The notes beneath the pieces are model-generated. The model saw only the letters and a program-made list of their open reading frames with translations, was not told the origin of the DNA and did no database searches. From the NCBI GenBank assembly GCA_003212175.1, contig QCQN01000004.1, forward strand, positions 10,506-74,505: a stretch of DNA of 64,000 nt, in the 5' to 3' direction. Position numbers and translations under genes: made by a program. The number at the start of each line of letters is the position of its first letter. Position 1 is the first letter of the stretch. Origin of the DNA: Prochlorococcus sp. AG-449-P16. Lineage in GTDB: Bacteria; Cyanobacteriota; Cyanobacteriia; PCC-6307; Cyanobiaceae. This document shows positions 9,067 through 20,256 of this stretch, piece after piece.

Positions 9067-11640
9067 ATGAAGAATTTGGAAACATTGCTAAAAGAATATG
9101 CAGATCACGCCGCTGAAAGAACTGCCAAAGGAATACCTCCTTTACCTTTAAATGCTGAGCAAACAAATTGTATTACAAAATTATTGGAACAAGATAGTAA
9201 CTATGATTCATCATATTTACTAGACTTATTGATAAATAGAGTACCTCCTGGAGTTGATAAAGCTGCTTATGTAAAAGCAAGCTGGCTTACAGCTATTGTT
9301 AATTCTGAAAAATATTGCAAGTTAATAAACCCCGAAAAGGCAATTGAAATATTAGGCACAATGATAGGCGGATATAATGTAAATTCTCTAGTTGAAATTC
9401 TTAAAGGAAAAAATAATTTACTTGCGCAAAAAGCTGCAGAAGTTTTAAAAAATATTATTCTTGTTTACGACTCAGCTAATGAAATTTATGAATTATCGCA
9501 AAATAATATTTATGCAAAAAGGGTGGTAAATAGTTGGGCAAATGCAGAATGGTTCAAAAATAAACCAGTTTTAGAAAAAGAAATTACTTGTTTGGTGTTT
9601 AAAGTTGATGGAGAGACGAATACAGATGACTTATCTCCGGCTGTACATGCAACAACGCGACCCGATATACCAATGCACGCATTAGCTATGCTGGAATTTA
9701 AAAAACCAGATGGGCTAAAGATTCTTGATAATTTAAAAAAACAAAATTTACAAATCGCTTATGTTGGAGATGTTGTTGGGACAGGTAGTTCTAGAAAATC
9801 TGCTATTAATTCACTGATTTGGCACATAGGCAGAGATATCCCTTTTGTTCCAAATAAAAAAACAGGTGGGATAATAATTGGTACTAAAATAGCCCCTATT
9901 TTCTTTAATACCGCCCAAGATTCAGGAGCTTTACCTATAGAGGCTGACGTATCTCATATGAAAACAGGAGATATTATCAAAATATATCCTTATGAAGGTA
10001 TCATTAAAAAAATTGAAAAAGATTCAAAAACTGAAGAATTAATAAGCAAATTTGAATTAAGTCCATCAACTCTTACTGATGAAATTCAAGCTGGCGGCAG
10101 AATTAATCTCATGATTGGGAGATCTCTGACAGATAAAATTAGGAACAAATTAGATTATCAACCGAGTGAAATATTTATCCGACCACAAAATCCAGAAAAA
10201 AATGATTATGGCTTTACTCAAGCCCAAAAAATAGTAGGAAAAGCATGTGGTTTAGATGGAGTTAGGCCTGGAATGACCTGTGAACCAATTATGACAACAG
10301 TTGGTAGTCAAGATACTACTGGGCCAATGACAAGAGATGAACTAAAAGAACTAGCTTGTTTAGGATTCACAGCAGATTTAGTGATGCAAAGTTTTTGTCA
10401 TACAGCTGCATATCCTAAACCAGTAGATTTAGTTACCCACAAAGAATTACCTGATTTTATATCTCAAAGAGGTGGGGTCGCTCTTAAACCAGGAGATGGC
10501 ATAATTCATAGTTGGCTTAACCGAATGCTTCTCCCCGACACCGTTGGAACTGGTGGAGATAGTCATACCAGATTCCCTCTTGGTATTTCATTTCCTGGAG
10601 GTTCGGGCATTGTTGCCTTTGCAGCTGCAATAGGGTCAATGCCATTAAATATGCCAGAATCTGTACTCATTAAATTCAAAGGAGAATTATTACCAGGTAT
10701 TACTTTAAGAGATTTGGTTAATGCAATCCCTCTCTTCGCTATTAAAAAAGGATTCTTAACTGTTGAGAAAACAAATAAAAAAAATATATTTAACGGAAAA
10801 ATTATGGAAATTGAAGGATTACCTAACTTAAAGCTTGAACAAGCTTTTGAGCTAACTGATGCTACTGCAGAACGCTCATGCGCAGGTAGCACAATACTTT
10901 TATCCCAAGAAACTGTTCAAGAATACTTAAAAAGTAATATTTGCCTTCTTGAAAAAATGATTGAGAGTAATTATGAAGACTCCAAATCGATTTCAAGAAG
11001 AATAAATGATATGAAAAATTGGTTAAAAAACCCCTCATTAATTCAGCCAGATGCAAACGCTACTTATGAGGAAATCATTGAAATTGATCTAGCAAAAGTA
11101 ACAGAACCCATAGTTGCATGCCCTAACGATCCAGATAATGTAAAGGAAATCACTGATGTTGCAAATACAAATATTGACGAAGTTTTTATAGGTTCCTGCA
11201 TGACAAATATTGGTCATTACAGAGCTGCTGCGAAAATTCTTGAAGGTGCACAAAATTTAAAAGCTAAATTATGGATTTGTCCACCAACAAAAATGGATGA
11301 GGAAACTCTTAAAGCTGAAGGCTACTATAAAATTTTTGAGAATTGTGGTGCAAGATTAGAGTTGCCAGGCTGTTCTTTATGCATGGGAAATCAAGCCAGA
11401 GTTGATGAAGGGTCTGTAGTATTTTCTACTAGTACAAGAAATTTTGACAATAGACTTGGGAAAAATGCGCAAGTATTTTTAGGGAGTGCTGAATTAGCAG
11501 CAGTTTGCGCACTTCTTGGGAAAATTCCTGAAGTGGAAGAGTATCAGGATATTACTAAAAATAAAATTAATCCATATGCAGATGAACTTTATCGTTATCT
11601 TCAATTTGATGAAATAAACGATTTCAGCTTGTCAAAATAA
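9067..11640 (+). CDS. acnB: Aconitate hydratase B
   Basis: GETNTDDLSP, GSSRKSA, SQDTTGPMT, DSHTRF, GSCMTN and PGCSLCMGNQ motifs. Confidence 0.97.
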   Translation: MKNLETLLKEYADHAAERTAKGIPPLPLNAEQTNCITKLLEQDSNYDSSYLLDLLINRVPPGVDKAAYVKASWLTAIVNSEKYCKLINPEKAIEILGTMIGGYNVNSLVEILKGKNNLLAQKAAEVLKNIILVYDSANEIYELSQNNIYAKRVVNSWANAEWFKNKPVLEKEITCLVFKVDGETNTDDLSPAVHATTRPDIPMHALAMLEFKKPDGLKILDNLKKQNLQIAYVGDVVGTGSSRKSAINSLIWHIGRDIPFVPNKKTGGIIIGTKIAPIFFNTAQDSGALPIEADVSHMKTGDIIKIYPYEGIIKKIEKDSKTEELISKFELSPSTLTDEIQAGGRINLMIGRSLTDKIRNKLDYQPSEIFIRPQNPEKNDYGFTQAQKIVGKACGLDGVRPGMTCEPIMTTVGSQDTTGPMTRDELKELACLGFTADLVMQSFCHTAAYPKPVDLVTHKELPDFISQRGGVALKPGDGIIHSWLNRMLLPDTVGTGGDSHTRFPLGISFPGGSGIVAFAAAIGSMPLNMPESVLIKFKGELLPGITLRDLVNAIPLFAIKKGFLTVEKTNKKNIFNGKIMEIEGLPNLKLEQAFELTDATAERSCAGSTILLSQETVQEYLKSNICLLEKMIESNYEDSKSISRRINDMKNWLKNPSLIQPDANATYEEIIEIDLAKVTEPIVACPNDPDNVKEITDVANTNIDEVFIGSCMTNIGHYRAAAKILEGAQNLKAKLWICPPTKMDEETLKAEGYYKIFENCGARLELPGCSLCMGNQARVDEGSVVFSTSTRNFDNRLGKNAQVFLGSAELAAVCALLGKIPEVEEYQDITKNKINPYADELYRYLQFDEINDFSLSK

Positions 11641-11649
11641 TTATGGATT

Positions 11650-13008
11650 ATGCCGAACCTTTTTGCACAAAATATTCAAAATAAAAGTAATACTTCTTCT
11701 CGTAGCATCAAAAAATTATTAAAACAAAGATCTCTTGTAGTTGCATTATCTCTCTTATTAACAGGTTTAGGAGCTTCAATAACAAGCATTTCCTTTAAAA
11801 CTGGAATCTACTATATCAATAATTGGAGATTGACACTACTAGAACAATTTCCATCTTTTTTGGTATTACCAATTTTTGGAGCTTTAGGCGGAGCCATTGC
11901 AGGATATTTAATTAAAAATATTGCACCTGCTGCAAAAGGTTCAGGCGTAAGTCAAATCATGGGTTTTTTAAGGCATAAAAAAGTTCCAATGAATTTAAAA
12001 GTAGGATTAGTAAAGCTGATATCAGGAATTATCGCTATTGGTAGTGGTTTTCCTTTAGGTCCAGAAGGTCCATCAGTTCAAATGGGAGGATCTGTTGCTT
12101 GGCAAATGGCCAAATGGCTAAAAGCTCCCACAGCTTTCAGAAGAGTGATAGTAGCAGCAGGAGGTGGCGCTGGAATAGCTGCAGTTTTTAGTGCTCCCTT
12201 AGGAGGATTTATTTATGCAATAGAAGAGCTATTAAACTCTGCTAGACCAGTAATTTTGCTTTTAGTAGTAATTACAACTTTCATTGCAGATTCATCTGCT
12301 GATATTATTCAAGCCTTAGGCTTAGATCCTAAAGCAGGAGGCTTTGATTTTAATTTAGGATTTTTGATTCAAAAAGAATATGATCCCTCAGTTTTTTTCT
12401 TACCTATAGATTTTATTTACTTAGTTTTACTCGGAATCATTATTGGAATCTTTGCAGAAGTATACAGCAGATATATTTTGTTAATGCAAAATCTTGGGAA
12501 AAAGTGGTACAAAAATAAATTTATTTTAAAAATGAGTATTTGTGGCCTCATTTTAGGGAGTATTTACTCTTTTTTACCAAGTACATTTCATAATCTAGAT
12601 GAATTACAGAAAATAATAGCTGAGCAAAATACAAGTATTGAAATTGCTTTGTTAGCAGTATTCATATTATTTATCACGACAGGTTTAGCTGCAGCATCTG
12701 GGGCTCCTGGGGGACTATTTTATCCAATGCTTACTTTAGGAGGGTCAATCGGTCTAATAATGGGGAACTGGGTTGAAATTGCAACAGGCCATGCACCCAG
12801 TACTTACATTTTTGCGGGAATGGGAGCTTTTGTAGCAGGATGTTCACGAACACCAATAACAGCTATGTTTTTAGCTTTTGCCTTAACCAAGAATTTATTA
12901 ATCATGAAACCTGTCTTAATCAGCTGCATTGCCAGTTTCTTGATAGCAAGAGCCTTTAACGAAGAATCAATTTACGAAAGGCAAATACAAATAGAATTAG
13001 AAGAATAG
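11650..13008 (+). CDS. ClC-family H+/Cl- exchange transporter
   Basis: GSGVSQ, GPEGPSVQ and GGLFYP selectivity motifs; C-terminal SIYE. Confidence 0.93.
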   Translation: MPNLFAQNIQNKSNTSSRSIKKLLKQRSLVVALSLLLTGLGASITSISFKTGIYYINNWRLTLLEQFPSFLVLPIFGALGGAIAGYLIKNIAPAAKGSGVSQIMGFLRHKKVPMNLKVGLVKLISGIIAIGSGFPLGPEGPSVQMGGSVAWQMAKWLKAPTAFRRVIVAAGGGAGIAAVFSAPLGGFIYAIEELLNSARPVILLLVVITTFIADSSADIIQALGLDPKAGGFDFNLGFLIQKEYDPSVFFLPIDFIYLVLLGIIIGIFAEVYSRYILLMQNLGKKWYKNKFILKMSICGLILGSIYSFLPSTFHNLDELQKIIAEQNTSIEIALLAVFILFITTGLAAASGAPGGLFYPMLTLGGSIGLIMGNWVEIATGHAPSTYIFAGMGAFVAGCSRTPITAMFLAFALTKNLLIMKPVLISCIASFLIARAFNEESIYERQIQIELEE

Positions 13009-13017
13009 AAATTATTT

Positions 13018-13872
13018 TCAATCAAAAACAGCGGTTTTACTATTATAAACAAATACTTGATGATTTAAATGTAATCTAACCGCTCTTGCTAGAGCTATTC
13101 TCTCAATATCTCTTCCTTTTCTAATCAAATCATCAACTTCATCCCTATGACTTACATTAACTGTGCATTGCTCTATTATCGGCCCTTCATCAAGATCTTC
13201 AGTTACATAGTGCGCAGTTGCACCGATTAATTTAACACCCCTCTTCCATGCCCTATGATAAGGTTGCGCCCCCTTAAATGCAGGTAAGAAAGAATGATGA
13301 ATATTTATTATTCTCGAGAACTTTTTTAAAAAAGAGTCACTCAAAATTTGCATATATTTGGCTAATACAACAAGGTCAATTTCATATTCTTTTAGCAATT
13401 TTAAAAGTTGATCTTCAACATCAGATTTATTTATATTGAAGGTATCAATGTAAACAAATTTTGCTTTAAAGTCATTTGCAATATTTTCAAGATCAGTATG
13501 ATTTGAAATTATTAAAGGTACATTCATTTTTAATTCACCATTTCTGACTCGCCAAAGTAAGTCAATCAAACAATGATTTTGTTTACTCACGAAAATAGCA
13601 ACATTTGGAATTTCATCTGAATAATTGACATTAAATTTTCCATCAACTTCAGCTGCAATTTTTTTAAATTGACTATAAATTTCATCTCTATTAAAAGATC
13701 CATTTTCACTATTCCATTCAATTCGACTAAGAAACAAACCCGCATCTTGATCTGTATGATGATCTGAGTGCTTTATGTTGCCGCCATAATTTGAAATCCA
13801 ACCTGTAAGTAAACTTACAAGTCCAGGACGATCAGGGCAAACAATTTTGAATATAATTGAGGGATGTTCCAA
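13018..13872 (-). CDS. purU: Formyltetrahydrofolate deformylase
   Basis: ACT domain CPDRPGLV, INIHHSFLPAFKGAQPY and GATAHYVTEDLDEGPII; TTG start. Confidence 0.96.
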   Translation of the reverse strand: MEHPSIIFKIVCPDRPGLVSLLTGWISNYGGNIKHSDHHTDQDAGLFLSRIEWNSENGSFNRDEIYSQFKKIAAEVDGKFNVNYSDEIPNVAIFVSKQNHCLIDLLWRVRNGELKMNVPLIISNHTDLENIANDFKAKFVYIDTFNINKSDVEDQLLKLLKEYEIDLVVLAKYMQILSDSFLKKFSRIINIHHSFLPAFKGAQPYHRAWKRGVKLIGATAHYVTEDLDEGPIIEQCTVNVSHRDEVDDLIRKGRDIERIALARAVRLHLNHQVFVYNSKTAVFD

Positions 13873-13923
13873 AAACTTTTAAATTTTTTAAGCAAATGAA
13901 AAACAAGTATATCTAATATATCA

Positions 13924-15006
13924 ATGAAAAGCTTAAAAGAAAATTTTCAAAAAGCACACATCCTTATTATTGGATCAGGAATTATTGGGAAATTTAATGC
14001 TTTAGAATTATCAGAATTAGGTTTTCAAATAACAATTGTAGATCCATTCCAACGTAAAAATAGTAGTAATGCAGCTTTAGGCTTACTAATGGGTAATATG
14101 TATCAAAAAAGAAAAGGTAGAAGTTGGTCTCTAAGGAAACAAAGCATAGAATTATGGCCAAAATGGTTAGAATTACTGCAAAAATTTAATAATGAAGTAA
14201 ATATTGTAAAACCATTAATACAATTAACTACAAATGAAGAAACTTTTAAAAAATTAGAGAAATTTATTAATCTAATTAACGATCAAGACTTAAAAATTTT
14301 AGAGAAAGACTCAATTCTTATTAAAAATATTAGTAAAGCCTTTGAAGCAAAAAATATAAAAGGTATGATCTCCTTCAAAGATGGAAGAATAAATCCTGTA
14401 TCTTTACTAAGAACATTAGATACTTATCTCAAAAATAAAAAAGTAAACTGTTTAGAGGACGAAATAATAAAAATTAAAAAATTAAACAAGCAATGGATTG
14501 CTTCATCTAGAGCAAAAAAAGAAATCAAATCTGACGTTATTATTTTATGTAATTCCTTAAATACTATTGATTTAATCGATAATATTTCACACGACATCAG
14601 ATTAAAACCTGTACTGGGACAAGCTATAGAGATTGGCATAAATGATCAAGAAGTTGATTTATTATCACTTCCAAAACATTTCAATATAAATGGAAAAAAT
14701 ATAATTCCAATATCAAAAAATAAACTTATTATTGGTTCAACTGAAGAATATAGTACGGACCCAGAAAAAAATATTTTTCAAGAACTTACCAGTTTTTTAG
14801 ATAAACAACCAAGTTGGCTAGTTAAAGGGCATATCACAAAAAAATGGTATGGAATACGATCAAAACCCGAGGGAGAACCTTCACCAATAATGAAAAATTT
14901 TAAAAATGGTCTGCTTATATGTACAGGTTTTTATAAGAATGGAATTTTACTCGCTCCAGCTTGTTCTAAGTGGGTTTCAAGCGAAATTAAGAATTACCTA
15001 TCTTAA
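13924..15006 (+). CDS. FAD-dependent oxidoreductase (DAO/glycine oxidase family)
   Basis: GSGIIG dinucleotide fold; C-terminal [11 protein letters not shown]. Confidence 0.85.
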   Translation: MKSLKENFQKAHILIIGSGIIGKFNALELSELGFQITIVDPFQRKNSSNAALGLLMGNMYQKRKGRSWSLRKQSIELWPKWLELLQKFNNEVNIVKPLIQLTTNEETFKKLEKFINLINDQDLKILEKDSILIKNISKAFEAKNIKGMISFKDGRINPVSLLRTLDTYLKNKKVNCLEDEIIKIKKLNKQWIASSRAKKEIKSDVIILCNSLNTIDLIDNISHDIRLKPVLGQAIEIGINDQEVDLLSLPKHFNINGKNIIPISKNKLIIGSTEEYSTDPEKNIFQELTSFLDKQPSWLVKGHITKKWYGIRSKPEGEPSPIMKNFKNGLLICTGFYKNGILLAPACSKWVSSEIKNYLS

Positions 15007-16913
15007 TCTTTTGTTTCAGTAAAGTCTGCATCTATTACATCATCTCCACCTTTACCATTTGAATCATTCTGTTCTGAAGCGCCTGCTGGTCCAGAAGATG
15101 GAGCCTGAGTGCCGGGTTGCTGATAAACTGATGAACCAACTGCATAAAGTTCTTGCTGAAGCTCTTCAAGAAGTTTCTTCATAGATTCATAATCTTCTTT
15201 TGATGTTGCCTCCTTTAAAGCCTTACTTTTTTCTTCAACCTTAGACTTTGCTGCAGCATCAATTTTATCTCCAAGTTCACCAAGTTGCTTTTCTGTCTGA
15301 TATACAAGTGTTTCAGCTTGATTTTTTAAGTCTATTTTTTCTCTTTTTTCTTTATCTGCAGATGCATTAGATTCTGCATCTTTTACCATTTTTTCAACCT
15401 CGTTATCAGAAAGAGTAGAAGCTCCTGTTATTGAGATGCTTTGTTCTTTTCCACTACCCTTATCCTTAGCCTTAACACTTAAAATTCCATTCGCGTCGAT
15501 ATCAAAGGTAACTTCGATTTGAGGCACGCCGCGAGGAGCAGAAGGAATCCCATCTAATCTAAAAGTTCCTAAGCTTTTATTATCTGAGGCCATTTCTCTT
15601 TCACCTTGAAGAACATGTATTTCAACATTTGTTTGGCCATCAACAGCAGTTGAATACGTTTCAGATTTTTTAGTAGGAACGGTTGTATTGCGAGTTATCA
15701 TTTTTGTCATTACTCCACCCAAAGTCTCAACACCTAAAGAGAGTGGAGTTACATCAAGTAATAATATGTCTTTAACCTCACCAGCTAAAACTCCTCCTTG
15801 AATCGCTGCTCCAACTGCGACAACCTCATCAGGGTTAACTGTTTGATTAGGGTCTTTACCCGTCACTCTTTTTACTAGTTCCTGAACGGCAGGCATTCTT
15901 GTTGAGCCACCAACCATAACAATTTCATCGATATCGCCTGTTGCGAGCTTGGCATCCTTTAAAGCTTGTTCAACAGGGACTCTGCATCTATCGATAAGTT
16001 TTGAAGCTAGTTCCTCGAAATTAGCCCTAGTTAAATTTAAGTCAAGGTGTTTAGGACCTTCTGGGGTTGCTGTAATGAAAGGTAGATTTATTTCACTTTG
16101 AGTAGCATTTGATAACTCTATTTTAGCTTTTTCAGCTGCTTCAGTTAGACGTTGCAATGCTTGCTTATCCTGTCTCAAGTCAATTCCTTCATTGGTCTTA
16201 AAAATGCTTGCCAAATGATCAACTATACATCTATCAAAATCATCTCCTCCAAGATGAGTATCTCCTGAAGTTGATAAAACTTCAAACACACCATCTCCAA
16301 CCTCTAAAACTGAAACATCAAATGTTCCTCCACCCAAGTCAAATACTAAGATTCTTTCATTACTTTTTTTGTCTAGTCCATAAGCTAGAGCAGCAGCTGT
16401 AGGCTCATTAATTATTCTTAAAACTTCTAATCCTGCTATTTTTCCTGCATCTTTTGTAGCTTGCCTTTGAGAGTCATTAAAATAAGCAGGAACAGTTATT
16501 ACAGCCTGAGTGATGTTTTCACCCAAATACTTACCTGCATCTTCAGAAAGTTTCCTCAAAACTTGAGCACTCACCTCTTCAGGGGAAAATTGCTTATCAA
16601 GAACAGGACATTTTAACTTTACATTTGATCCTGATTTTTCAACTCCGTAACTAACTTCTTTAGATTCTTCATTTACTTCATCAACTCTCCTCCCAACAAA
16701 ACGTTTAGCCGAATAAAAAGTATTTTCAGGGTTCATGACGGCTTGTCTTTTAGCAATTTGACCCACAAGCTGATCTTGATTCTTTGTATATGCAACAACA
16801 GATGGCGTAGTTCTGAAACCTTCTGCATTAGCTATTACAGTAGGTTTGCCACCTTCCATGACAGCAACGCAACTATTAGTTGTTCCTAAATCGATTCCTA
16901 CAACCTTCCCCAT
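15003..16913 (-). CDS. dnaK: Chaperone DnaK (DnaK2-type)
   Basis: [17 protein letters not shown] and C-terminal DDVIDADF; ATG at 16913 (MGKVVGID). Confidence 0.98.
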   Translation of the reverse strand: MGKVVGIDLGTTNSCVAVMEGGKPTVIANAEGFRTTPSVVAYTKNQDQLVGQIAKRQAVMNPENTFYSAKRFVGRRVDEVNEESKEVSYGVEKSGSNVKLKCPVLDKQFSPEEVSAQVLRKLSEDAGKYLGENITQAVITVPAYFNDSQRQATKDAGKIAGLEVLRIINEPTAAALAYGLDKKSNERILVFDLGGGTFDVSVLEVGDGVFEVLSTSGDTHLGGDDFDRCIVDHLASIFKTNEGIDLRQDKQALQRLTEAAEKAKIELSNATQSEINLPFITATPEGPKHLDLNLTRANFEELASKLIDRCRVPVEQALKDAKLATGDIDEIVMVGGSTRMPAVQELVKRVTGKDPNQTVNPDEVVAVGAAIQGGVLAGEVKDILLLDVTPLSLGVETLGGVMTKMITRNTTVPTKKSETYSTAVDGQTNVEIHVLQGEREMASDNKSLGTFRLDGIPSAPRGVPQIEVTFDIDANGILSVKAKDKGSGKEQSISITGASTLSDNEVEKMVKDAESNASADKEKREKIDLKNQAETLVYQTEKQLGELGDKIDAAAKSKVEEKSKALKEATSKEDYESMKKLLEELQQELYAVGSSVYQQPGTQAPSSGPAGASEQNDSNGKGGDDVIDADFTETKD

Positions 16914-16982
16914 GGATAAATACTTTAATTTAATATTCTCCATGATCGGTCATCATCGTCATTATTGTTACTCAATGACGGG

Positions 16983-16997
16983 GTGTGGTTCCCGAAC
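16983..16997 (-). promoter_or_regulatory. K-box-like element upstream of dnaK
   Basis: Minus strand GTTCGGGAACCACAC about 70 bp upstream of the dnaK ATG; resembles the cyanobacterial K-box GTTCGG-NNAN-CCNNAC with a 3-nt spacer. Confidence 0.6.
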
Positions 16998-17027
16998 AGA
17001 TCACGATTTTTTTAATTTTTTCTAAAA

Positions 17028-17894
17028 ATGATTACAAGTAAAACATCATTTCTCGCTTTGATTGGAAATCCCGTAAACCAATCTTTATCGCCAATTATTC
17101 AAAACGCTGCGATTGAATATTTAGGTCTTGATTTAATCTACATAGCAATACCATGTCTTAATGAGGACCTAGAGATAGTAATTACTTCTCTTAAGAAAAT
17201 GAACTGCAAAGGATTAAATATTACAATTCCATTCAAACAAAAAGTTTTTAATCTCTGCAGTGAGGTATCCTCTGAAGCAAAAAAAGTCAAGGCTATTAAC
17301 ACACTTAAATTAAATTCAAATATGGAGTGGGTCGGAACAAATACTGATATTGAAGGATTCCTTTACCCTCTCAAAAACCTTAATCTCAAAATTAGCAATG
17401 CAATCATTCTCGGTTCTGGTGGAGCAGCTAGATCTGTGATTCAAGGTCTTATAAAATTAAGCTTATCAAAAATAACCATCTTTTCGCGTAACAAATCATC
17501 TTTACAAGAATTAATTAGAAACTTCAAAGATGAAATTCTCATTGAAGGATTAATATACGATGCTGATAAATTGTCAAAAATCAAAAATCTAATTGAAGAT
17601 TCAGATTTAATTGTGAACTCAACACCAGTAGGAATGCATTCAACAAAAGATACGAATCAATTACCATTCAGTCAAAACATTTGGGAAGCAATTAATTCCA
17701 AAACGATTGTTTATGATCTTATCTACAATCCTTCACCAACTCCGCTCTTAAAATTAAGTGACAAAAAAGGATGCTTAACTATTGATGGAAAGCAAATGTT
17801 GATTGCGCAAGGAGCTAAATCTTTATCATTCTGGACTAATAGACAAGATATACCCTTTGAAATAATGCATAATGCTTTAAAAAAATATCTTTAA
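17028..17894 (+). CDS. aroE: Shikimate dehydrogenase
   Basis: SLSP, GLNITIPFK, NTD, GSGGAAR, DLIYNP and DGKQMLIAQG motifs. Confidence 0.95.
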   Translation: MITSKTSFLALIGNPVNQSLSPIIQNAAIEYLGLDLIYIAIPCLNEDLEIVITSLKKMNCKGLNITIPFKQKVFNLCSEVSSEAKKVKAINTLKLNSNMEWVGTNTDIEGFLYPLKNLNLKISNAIILGSGGAARSVIQGLIKLSLSKITIFSRNKSSLQELIRNFKDEILIEGLIYDADKLSKIKNLIEDSDLIVNSTPVGMHSTKDTNQLPFSQNIWEAINSKTIVYDLIYNPSPTPLLKLSDKKGCLTIDGKQMLIAQGAKSLSFWTNRQDIPFEIMHNALKKYL

Positions 17895-17955
17895 TCAAAA
17901 AACAAATCATTAATAATGAACTATTTGACCTTGATACTGTATGGTTAATAATGCA

Positions 17956-18000
17956 CAGACGCTCACGAAATTAAATCGCGAGCCAAAATGACCTTGTCTG
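17956..18000 (+). promoter_or_regulatory. Structured rpsF 5' leader, S6:S18-binding-motif-like
   Basis: Outer stem CAGAC/GTCTG, inner hairpin GCTC-a-CGA/TCG-c-GAGC, CCA at the 3' base of the hairpin; ends 6 nt before the ATG. Confidence 0.55.
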
Positions 18001-18006
18001 AATACT

Positions 18007-18477
18007 ATGACTGATTATCAAATTTACTATGAAACAATGTATATTCTTCGCCCTGATATAGCAGAAGATGAAGTTTCTAATCACATTGATAAATACAACA
18101 AATTACTTGAAGAATTAGGAGGAAAAATTCTAGATAGCCAAATGAGAGGCAAAAGAAGGCTTGCTTATCAAATATCAAAACATAGAGAGGGTATTTATGT
18201 GCAACTTAGTCATCAAGGGGATGGTCAGCACATTTCTAAAATAGAGAAAGCTATGCGTCTTAGTGAAGATGTCATTAGATATATGACTGTTAAACAGGAA
18301 GGTCCCTTACCTACACCAAAATCTATAAATAAGGGAACAAATCAAACTGAAACAAAGAATAATGAAAATGTTGACACTACCAATAAACAAGAGTCCGAAT
18401 CAAAAAAATTTGATTCCAAAGAGAAAATCGATTCAAGTAATTCAACCAAAGAGGTCAAAGAACCTGTAGAAACCTAA
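18007..18477 (+). CDS. rpsF: 30S ribosomal protein S6 with long charged C-terminal tail
   Basis: [19 protein letters not shown] and EDVIRYM motifs. Confidence 0.97.
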   Translation: MTDYQIYYETMYILRPDIAEDEVSNHIDKYNKLLEELGGKILDSQMRGKRRLAYQISKHREGIYVQLSHQGDGQHISKIEKAMRLSEDVIRYMTVKQEGPLPTPKSINKGTNQTETKNNENVDTTNKQESESKKFDSKEKIDSSNSTKEVKEPVET

Positions 18478-18484
18478 GTCTCAA

Positions 18485-19696
18485 TTATTTATTTTTTAAA
18501 TTTGACTCTGCCCATATTTTATTAGACATGCCCCACATATAAATAAAACCCTCAGCATGCTTATGATTGAAAATATCCTTTTTGCTATAAGTTGCCAAGT
18601 CCTCTCGATATAAAGAATTTTTATCAGATGAACGGCCAATTACTATAGCATTACCCTTGTGTAGTCTAATTTTCACCTTCCCATTAACACTGGTTTGAGT
18701 AGATTCAATAAATGCATCTAAAGCCTTTTTTAAAGGGCCAAACCAAAAGCCCTGATAAACTAATTGACCCCATTTTTTTTCTACGGTATTTTTGAAATCT
18801 AATATTTCTGGATTCAATGTAATACTCTCCAATTCTTTATGAGCTTTTATAAGAAGCAATAGGCCGGGAGCTTCATATATTTCTCTACTTTTTATCCCAA
18901 CAACTCTATCTTCAATCATGTCGATTCTACCAAAACCATGTTCACCAGCTAAAACATTAGCCTTTTGAATAATTTTGGCAGGAGTTAAAAATTCGTTCCC
19001 TATAGATATAGGAAACCCATTTTCAAATACAATTTCTACATCTTGAGAAGAGTTAGGCGCATCATCTATAGAGGCAGTCATAGCAAAAACATCTTCATTA
19101 GGTTCTTGCATTGCATCTTCTAATAATCCTGCTTCGACACTTCGGCCAAGAAGATTCACATCAATTGAATAAGGTGATTTTTTTGATACTGGAGCAGGTA
19201 TTCCAAATTTTTCACCATACAAAATTGCTTCCTCTCTACTCATATTCCACTCTCTTGCAGGAGTTATTATTTTTAAATCGGGACCTAATGCGTTAATTGC
19301 TAAATCAAATCTTACTTGATCATTTCCTTTTCCCGTACAGCCGTGGGCTACTGCATCAGCACCTAATTTTCTTGCTACATGTACCAGATTCTCAGCTATT
19401 AATGGTCTTGCCAATGCAGTTGATAAAGGATATTTATCTCCATACAAAGCGTTAGCTCTAATTGCAGGGAATGCGTAACGTTCTACAAAATCATCAAGTA
19501 AATTCCCAATCACTGCTTCAGTTGCGCCCGAGTTTAATGCTTTTTGTCTTATATCCTCTAGATTTTCTCCTTGACCAAGATCTGCTACAAAAGTTACTAC
19601 TTCTGGAATTCCATATTCGTTTTGTAAATAAGGGATACATACGCTTGTATCAACTCCACCAGAGTAAGCGAGAACTACTTTCTTTATTTGCTGCAT
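18485..19696 (-). CDS. argG: Argininosuccinate synthase
   Basis: [23 protein letters not shown] and KSREIYE motifs; ATG at 19696 chosen as start. Confidence 0.97.
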   Translation of the reverse strand: MQQIKKVVLAYSGGVDTSVCIPYLQNEYGIPEVVTFVADLGQGENLEDIRQKALNSGATEAVIGNLLDDFVERYAFPAIRANALYGDKYPLSTALARPLIAENLVHVARKLGADAVAHGCTGKGNDQVRFDLAINALGPDLKIITPAREWNMSREEAILYGEKFGIPAPVSKKSPYSIDVNLLGRSVEAGLLEDAMQEPNEDVFAMTASIDDAPNSSQDVEIVFENGFPISIGNEFLTPAKIIQKANVLAGEHGFGRIDMIEDRVVGIKSREIYEAPGLLLLIKAHKELESITLNPEILDFKNTVEKKWGQLVYQGFWFGPLKKALDAFIESTQTSVNGKVKIRLHKGNAIVIGRSSDKNSLYREDLATYSKKDIFNHKHAEGFIYMWGMSNKIWAESNLKNK

Positions 19697-19727
19697 TAAT
19701 TTTACCTCCATTAAAATCTTGGCACAC

Positions 19728-19922
19728 TCAAGATTTCAAAAATTTGTTAGATACTAATATTAGTGTAACTAAAAGAGCAGGACCAAAAACTAGTGAGAGA
19801 ATAAGATAATTATTAATTAATAAATTGTCTGGATTCAAATAACCTAACACCTTCAATAATGTGGTTAAAAGTATAGAAATTAAACAAATTAAAAAAATTT
19901 TTGAATTTTCTTGATCAAACAA
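19728..19922 (-). CDS. Small hypothetical membrane protein (two TM segments)
   Basis: 64-aa ORF with a TTG start and two hydrophobic helices; fills the gap upstream of argG. Confidence 0.55.
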   Translation of the reverse strand: MFDQENSKIFLICLISILLTTLLKVLGYLNPDNLLINNYLILSLVFGPALLVTLILVSNKFLKS

Positions 19923-19977
19923 AATTTTATTATTGTATAGTTGTGTATTATTGTATAAGTACGGCTACCTTTTTTAT

Positions 19978-20256
19978 ATGGATTCTAATAAATTAAGAAT
20001 TAGGTTAAATGAAATTGCTGAAGTAAACCCTGCACTAAGTTGCTATCACAGGGATGATCACGCACCTGTTTTACCTTTAAGAGAAGAGCCTGATTTATTA
20101 TCTTGGCTTGAAGATACAGGTAGATTAGTTACGGAAAATGAAAATGACTCTCAAGAAATAAGCACCATAGAGGAAGAAGAACTATCAGCTTTAATGGGAG
20201 AAAAAGAAGATTATAAAACTGACGAGGATTCTGTAGAGGATGATTGGGAAGATTAA
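19978..20256 (+). CDS. Conserved cyanobacterial acidic protein (DUF3134-like)
   Basis: NPAL...APVLPL...LLSWLEDTGRL motif and acidic tail; ATG at 19978; overlaps the mraY start. Confidence 0.75.
   Translation: MDSNKLRIRLNEIAEVNPALSCYHRDDHAPVLPLREEPDLLSWLEDTGRLVTENENDSQEISTIEEEELSALMGEKEDYKTDEDSVEDDWED

Noticed and set aside
19935-19948. GTATAGTTGTGTAT as a possible NtcA site
   Set aside because: It ends TAT, not TAC, and such matches are expected by chance in AT-rich DNA
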